DNA of 64,000 nucleotides from Patescibacteria group bacterium (GTDB lineage: Bacteria; Patescibacteriota; Patescibacteriia; Magasanikbacterales; UBA922), in NCBI GenBank assembly GCA_041651535.1, contig JBAZIZ010000003.1, positions 83,357-147,356 of the forward strand, in the 5' to 3' direction. This document shows positions 58,826-64,000 of this stretch, piece by piece (positions within the stretch are counted from its first letter, which is position 1; every line of letters starts with the position of its first letter). A program made the translations under genes and the position numbers. The notes below the pieces were generated by a model that saw only the letters and a list, made by a program, of their open reading frames with translations, ran no database searches and had not been told where the DNA came from.

Positions 58826-60811
58826 TTACTTCAAAAGTCCAATAATAAGTAAAGCAACAATGTTTGCAACTTTAATCATTGGATTAATTGCAGGTCCTGC
58901 TGTGTCTTTATAAGGATCACCAACAGTATCTCCTGTTACAGCTGCTTGATGAGCAAAACTTCCTTTTCCACCATAATTTCCATTTTCAATATATTTTTTT
59001 GCGTTATCCCAAGCTCCACCACCAGTAGTCATAGAAACTGCCACAAACAAACCAGTTACGATTGTACCAACTAAAAGACCGCCGAGCGCAGCTGGACCAA
59101 AAAATACACCAACTAAAATAGGAATAAGAACTGGAATAAGTGCAGGCAAAATCATTTGTCCGATTGCTCCTTTTGTTACAATATCTACACATTTAGCATA
59201 ATCAGGTTTTGCTTGTCCTTCCATAATTCCATGAATTTCTCTAAATTGTCTGCGAACTTCTTCAACAACTTTTCCAGCAACTTTTCCTACAGATTCCATT
59301 AAAAGAGAACCAAACAAATAAGGTAAAAGTCCACCGATAAATAAACCAGCTAAAACTTTTGGATCATCAATTCTAAAAATAGTATCAATTCCATTATCAG
59401 CTAATTTATGAGTATAATCTCCAAATAAAACTAAAGCAGCAAGAGCAGCACTGGCAATCGCGTAACCTTTTGTTACAGCTTTTGTAGTATTTCCAACTGC
59501 ATCTAAAGCATCGGTAGTTTTTCTTACATCTTCTCCGAGTTCGCTCATTTCAGCGATTCCACCCGCATTGTCAGTAATTGGACCATAAGCATCAATAGTC
59601 ACCACAATTCCAGTCAAAGAAAGCATGGCCATAGCTGCAATCGCAATTCCATAAAGACCAGCCATATTATATGAAATCAAAATTCCAATCACAATCGCCA
59701 AAACAGGCAAAGCTGTAGATTTCATTGAAACTGCTAAACCAGTAATTACATTTGTACCATGTCCTGTTTCACTAGCTTTGGCAATTTGTTTTACTGGTTT
59801 ATGTTTAGTAGAAGTATAATATTCAGTTATCCAAAACATAAGTCCAGTAAGAGCAATTCCTACAAAAGCTGGCCAAAACAATTCTGATCTAGTTAAACCT
59901 AATTGTGGGGCATAAGTTTTTATTGCAAAATAAAAACCAATAAGAGATAAAATTGCTGAGACAAATAAACCTTTATACAAAGCTCCCATGATTCTGTTTT
60001 TCTTTCCTAATTTAATAAAGAAAGTTCCGATGATAGAAGCAATGATTGAAATTCCACCAATAACTAGTGGAAGCATTATTCCAGCATCAGTATTTTTGAA
60101 TGTTAAAAATCCTAAAACTATAGCAGCAACAGCTGTCACAGCATAAGTTTCAAATAAATCAGCTGCCATACCAGCACAATCACCGACATTGTCACCAACA
60201 TTATCCGCAATTACAGCTGGATTTCTTGGATCATCTTCTGGAATATTTTTTTCAACTTTACCAACCAAATCAGCACCAACATCAGCAGCTTTAGTAAAAA
60301 TACCACCGCCGATACGAGCAAAAATTGAAATCAAACTTCCTCCAAAAGCTAAACCTATCAAAGCATGAACATCTTTGGTAATTAAATAAAATGAAGTAAC
60401 ACCCAAAAGTCCTAAACCAACAACTAATAAACCAGTCACAGTTCCTCCTTTTACAGCAACTTCCAAAGCTTGTTTCATACCTTTTTTAGCTGCTTCGGTT
60501 GTTTTTACATTAGCTTTGACAGAGATATTCATACCTACAAAACCAGCAATACCCGAAAATACTGCTCCAAGTAAAAAACCTAAAGCTGTAGTCCAATCAA
60601 TAAAAAAACCCAATAAAACAAATACTAAAACTGCCACATAAGAAATAGTCTTATATTGACGAGCTAAGTAAGCTTTTGAACCTTCTTGAATAGCACGTGC
60701 AATGTTTTGCATACGTTCGTCTCCAGAAGGTTGTTTTCCGATCCAATAGATCAAGAAAATACCATAAGCAATTGCTAAAATTGCTGGTAAAATAAGAAGA
60801 AATGATGACAT
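58826..60811 (-). CDS. hppA: Membrane-bound pyrophosphatase, K+-independent H+-pumping type
   Basis: [38 protein letters not shown] (Lys/Thr signature of K+-independent enzymes), GDTVGDP.KD. Confidence 0.95.
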   Translation of the reverse strand: MSSFLLILPAILAIAYGIFLIYWIGKQPSGDERMQNIARAIQEGSKAYLARQYKTISYVAVLVFVLLGFFIDWTTALGFLLGAVFSGIAGFVGMNISVKANVKTTEAAKKGMKQALEVAVKGGTVTGLLVVGLGLLGVTSFYLITKDVHALIGLAFGGSLISIFARIGGGIFTKAADVGADLVGKVEKNIPEDDPRNPAVIADNVGDNVGDCAGMAADLFETYAVTAVAAIVLGFLTFKNTDAGIMLPLVIGGISIIASIIGTFFIKLGKKNRIMGALYKGLFVSAILSLIGFYFAIKTYAPQLGLTRSELFWPAFVGIALTGLMFWITEYYTSTKHKPVKQIAKASETGHGTNVITGLAVSMKSTALPVLAIVIGILISYNMAGLYGIAIAAMAMLSLTGIVVTIDAYGPITDNAGGIAEMSELGEDVRKTTDALDAVGNTTKAVTKGYAIASAALAALVLFGDYTHKLADNGIDTIFRIDDPKVLAGLFIGGLLPYLFGSLLMESVGKVAGKVVEEVRRQFREIHGIMEGQAKPDYAKCVDIVTKGAIGQMILPALIPVLIPILVGVFFGPAALGGLLVGTIVTGLFVAVSMTTGGGAWDNAKKYIENGNYGGKGSFAHQAAVTGDTVGDPYKDTAGPAINPMIKVANIVALLIIGLLK

Positions 60812-60902
60812 ACTTCTAAAAAAATTAAATTAATAAATTTATCCACTTTAAGCGGAAACTTAGGTATATTATATAAAAATTAAAGTTAAATGTCAAAAGC
60901 CT

Positions 60903-60999
60903 AATTTTAGATTTAAGATTATAGATTTTAGAATTATTTTCTATAAAAAAATAATTCGTCAGTTGGCGGACATAATTCATAAATCAAAAATCTTAAATT
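60903..60999. repeat. Inverted 7-bp arrays enclosing a degenerate GC palindrome
   Basis: AATTTTA GATTTAA GATTATA GATTTTA ... TTCGTCAGTTGGCGGA ... AATTCAT AAATCAA AAATCTT. Confidence 0.65.
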
Positions 61000-61061
61000 A
61001 TTTTACTTGATTGTAGACTTTTTTTCCTGTAAAATACAAATATAATATACAATATTACTAT

Positions 61062-61613
61062 ATGAAACCTGCTTTAATTATAATTGATTTACAAGAAGAT
61101 TTTTTTAAGGATAAATTTTTGGCTAAAAAAAGAAAAAAAATATCCAACTCTGTAAATAAATTAGTTAAAATTGTTCGCTCTAAAAAAATACCCATAATCT
61201 GGGTTAAACAAGAATATGAGAACGATCTTTCTGACGCACCACTTTATAATAGAAAAAATAAAAAAAAGATAACCATAAAAAATACTAAAGGTTGCCAATT
61301 TTTGTCTGAGCTTGATTATAATGAAAAAGATTTTTTAATTATCAAAAAAAGATTTAGTGCTTTTTTTAAAACTGATTTAGAAAAATTACTTAAAAAAATA
61401 AAGATCGATACCCTTATTATAGCTGGAATAAATACTATGTCTTGCGTAAGAACCACGGCAATAGATGCTTATCAAAGAGATTATGACGTTATTCTTGATT
61501 TAGATGCCACGACTGCTTATGACACAAAACAACATAAAAATTCAATTGAATATTTAAAACACGCAGTTGCTAAAATAATGGACACTAAAGAAATAATAAG
61601 TTTATTAAAATAA
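61062..61613 (+). CDS. Isochorismatase/cysteine hydrolase family protein
   Basis: IIDLQEDF, K.RFSAF, G..T.SCV.TTA.DA catalytic triad. Confidence 0.9.
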   Translation: MKPALIIIDLQEDFFKDKFLAKKRKKISNSVNKLVKIVRSKKIPIIWVKQEYENDLSDAPLYNRKNKKKITIKNTKGCQFLSELDYNEKDFLIIKKRFSAFFKTDLEKLLKKIKIDTLIIAGINTMSCVRTTAIDAYQRDYDVILDLDATTAYDTKQHKNSIEYLKHAVAKIMDTKEIISLLK

Positions 61614-61614
61614 A

Positions 61615-64000
61615 ATGAAATCCAACACCAAACAAAAATTCATAATAATCGATGGAAATGCTATTATTCATCGTGCTTATCATGCTTTGCCACCACTTAC
61701 CACAAAAGATGGCACGATGGTTAACGCAGTTTATGGTTTTACTTCCATGCTTTTAAAAGTAATTACTGACTTAAAACCAGATTATTTAGCTGTTAGTTTT
61801 GATGTTGGTGGCGGAACTTTTCGGGATAAAATGTATGAAGAATACAAAGCTAATCGTGTAAAAGCTGATGAGGAACTTTATACTCAAATACCTTTAGTTT
61901 ACGAGATTGTTAAAGCTTTTGATATCCCAATTTATACTAAAGAAGGTTTTGAAGCTGATGATGTGATTGCTACTGTGATAGACAAAAATGAAAAAAAATC
62001 TGAAAATATAAAAAATATAATAGTCAGTGGTGACAAAGATTTACTGCAACTTGTTAGTGAAAAAACCAATGTTTATTTATTAAAAAAAGGTTTATCAGAA
62101 TATATTTTGTGCGATATTGAAGAAGTAAAAAATTTATTTGGTTTTGAACCACAAAATATGATTGACTACAAAGCACTTCGTGGTGATCCGAGTGATAATA
62201 TACCAGGAATAAAAGGCATTGGAGACAAAACTGCAAAAGATTTAATTACCAAAATTGGTAAAATAAATAACATTTTGGAACAAAGTACTGATGAAAAATC
62301 AGACTTACAAAAAAAATTTTCCAAATCAGTTGTACAAAAAATAAAAGATGGTCAAGAATCAGCAAAATTAAGTGCCAAATTAGCAACAGTAAAAAAAGAT
62401 GTACCGGATATCAATTTAAAATTAGCTGATTGTCAAATTAAAACTATTGATCTTGAAAAAATAACTGATCTTTTAAAAAAATTTGAATTTTTTTCTTTGA
62501 TAAAAAGATTACCAGGTTATACAGAAGTTGAAAAAAAAGAAAATAAAAAAAGTAAAAAAATGGAAATTATAACTGAAAACGATTTTGAAAATTTTTTAAA
62601 AAAAATTGCTAAAGAAAAATCTTTTGTTTGTAAAGAAATTTTAAATGGCACTGATTCAAATTTTTCAGAGCTTGAATCTCTTCTTTTTGTAATTGGCGAA
62701 CAAAGTTGGCTCATCAAAAATCCAACAGATAAAATTTTCCAAATTTTTTCTGAACCACAAAAAACATTAATTGGTCATGATCTAAAAACTCTAATTAAAC
62801 CTTTAATTAAAAAAGGTATTGTAATAAAAAATTCTCTTTTTGATACAATGATCGCTTCTTATATTTTAAATTCTAGTACTAAAGCGCATGATATAAAATC
62901 TATTGCTTGGCGAGAATTTAATTCTGAACTTAAAGAAAATAATAATCAAAGTAGTTTGTTTGGAGTTGAACCAGAATATTTAAAAGAAGAGATGGAAATT
63001 GCTTGGCAAATCTATCCGATTTATAAAAAAAAATTAGAAGAAATGGAAAATTTTGGTTTATTTGAAAAAATAGAAATGAATTTAATTCCAGTTTTAGCCG
63101 ACATGGAATTAAACGGAGTAAAAATTGATATAGATTTTCTTAAAAAACTTTCTGAAGAAACTGCCCAAAAAATAAGAGAGCTAACAAAAAAAATTTGGCA
63201 GGAAGCTGGAGAAGAATTTAACATTGCTTCATCAGTTCAACTTAGAGATATTTTATTTGAAAAAATGGATTTACCAACTTATGGAATAAAAAAAGGTAAA
63301 ACTGGTTACTCCACAGCTGCTAGTGAATTAGAAAAATTACAAAAAGTTCATCCGATTATAAACATGATTGAAAATTATCGTGAATTAGACAAATTACGCA
63401 ATACTTATATTGATGTTTTGCCAACTTTAATCAATAAAAAAAGTGGACGTATCCACACAACTTTTAATCAAGCTGTGACAACCACTGGGCGACTTTCTAG
63501 CTCTGATCCAAATATACAAAATATACCAATTCGTAGTGAAGAAGGAAAAAAAATTAGAGAAAGTTTTATTTCTGAAAAAGGTCACAAATTAATTGTAGCT
63601 GATTATTCACAAATTGAACTCCGCATTGTCGCTTCTTTGGCTGAAGATAAAAAAATGTTAGAAATTTTTGATAATGACCAAGATATTCATAAAGCTACTG
63701 CGGCAAAAATTCATAAAATAAAGATGGAAGAAGTCACAAAAGAAATGCGTAGTGCAGCTAAAGCTATTAACTTTGGTGTACTTTATGGAATGGGTTCTTA
63801 TGGCTTAGCTCAACGCACCGGACTTGCAAATTATGAAGCCCAAAATTTTATTGATAAATACTTTACAGCTTTTTCTGATGTTAAAAAATATTTAGATAAT
63901 ACTTTAGCTGAAGCGAAAAAAAATGGTTTTGTTGAAACACTTTTTGGCCGTCGCCGTTATATTCCAGAATTAAAATCAAAAAATAAACAAATAAAAAATT
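61615..64000 (+). CDS. polA: DNA polymerase I (runs off window end)
   Basis: Not in track (no stop). IIDGNAIIHRAYHALP, EADD, GDPSDNIPG, TGRLSS.DPN.QNIP, ADYSQIELR, KAINFG..YG motifs. Confidence 0.97.
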   Translation, partial: MKSNTKQKFIIIDGNAIIHRAYHALPPLTTKDGTMVNAVYGFTSMLLKVITDLKPDYLAVSFDVGGGTFRDKMYEEYKANRVKADEELYTQIPLVYEIVKAFDIPIYTKEGFEADDVIATVIDKNEKKSENIKNIIVSGDKDLLQLVSEKTNVYLLKKGLSEYILCDIEEVKNLFGFEPQNMIDYKALRGDPSDNIPGIKGIGDKTAKDLITKIGKINNILEQSTDEKSDLQKKFSKSVVQKIKDGQESAKLSAKLATVKKDVPDINLKLADCQIKTIDLEKITDLLKKFEFFSLIKRLPGYTEVEKKENKKSKKMEIITENDFENFLKKIAKEKSFVCKEILNGTDSNFSELESLLFVIGEQSWLIKNPTDKIFQIFSEPQKTLIGHDLKTLIKPLIKKGIVIKNSLFDTMIASYILNSSTKAHDIKSIAWREFNSELKENNNQSSLFGVEPEYLKEEMEIAWQIYPIYKKKLEEMENFGLFEKIEMNLIPVLADMELNGVKIDIDFLKKLSEETAQKIRELTKKIWQEAGEEFNIASSVQLRDILFEKMDLPTYGIKKGKTGYSTAASELEKLQKVHPIINMIENYRELDKLRNTYIDVLPTLINKKSGRIHTTFNQAVTTTGRLSSSDPNIQNIPIRSEEGKKIRESFISEKGHKLIVADYSQIELRIVASLAEDKKMLEIFDNDQDIHKATAAKIHKIKMEEVTKEMRSAAKAINFGVLYGMGSYGLAQRTGLANYEAQNFIDKYFTAFSDVKKYLDNTLAEAKKNGFVETLFGRRRYIPELKSKNKQIKN

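Noticed and set aside
1709-63224. Short antisense or overlapping ORFs in the track (e.g. 1709, 7904, 23767, 33607, 38222, 43299, 62054-63224)
   Set aside because: They overlap well-supported genes, including the untracked polA, and lack motifs; treated as shadow ORFs.

Overview
Very AT-rich bacterial chromosomal DNA using the standard genetic code (TGA acts as stop). Gene content (DUF4012 protein, GT4 cluster, lone rplA, tRNA-Ile(UAU), mostly SD-less starts) suggests a Patescibacteria/CPR genome; this is inference. The window holds a surface-glycosylation cluster, RNase P RNA, three tRNAs, an arsR-thioredoxin-permease unit, housekeeping genes (aspS, ndk, pcrA/uvrD, der, pth, dprA, folC, topA, gmk, trxB, rpe, tig, rplA, gatCAB, hppA, polA), a DpnII-type GATC restriction-modification locus, a SAM-I riboswitch and a pyrimidine deoxynucleotide operon. 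Top finding: the thymidylate-synthase homologue (49802-50668) has Asp at the invariant dUMP-specifying Asn (PFN->PFD) and Tyr at the His after the catalytic Cys (PCH->PCY). These are the positions known to switch TS to dCMP methylation. It sits in an operon with dCMP deaminase, an extra P-loop kinase, DHFR and Tmk, suggesting a methylate-then-deaminate route to dTMP or 5-methyl-dCTP synthesis. Other leads: a 47-aa H1-like protein missing from the ORF track, with a structured leader; a candidate sRNA; a SAM riboswitch controlling an orphan gene; a possible GMP reductase; and two families of 7-bp-period intergenic arrays, one linked to GC-rich palindromes. No CRISPR array, rRNA or transposase was seen.
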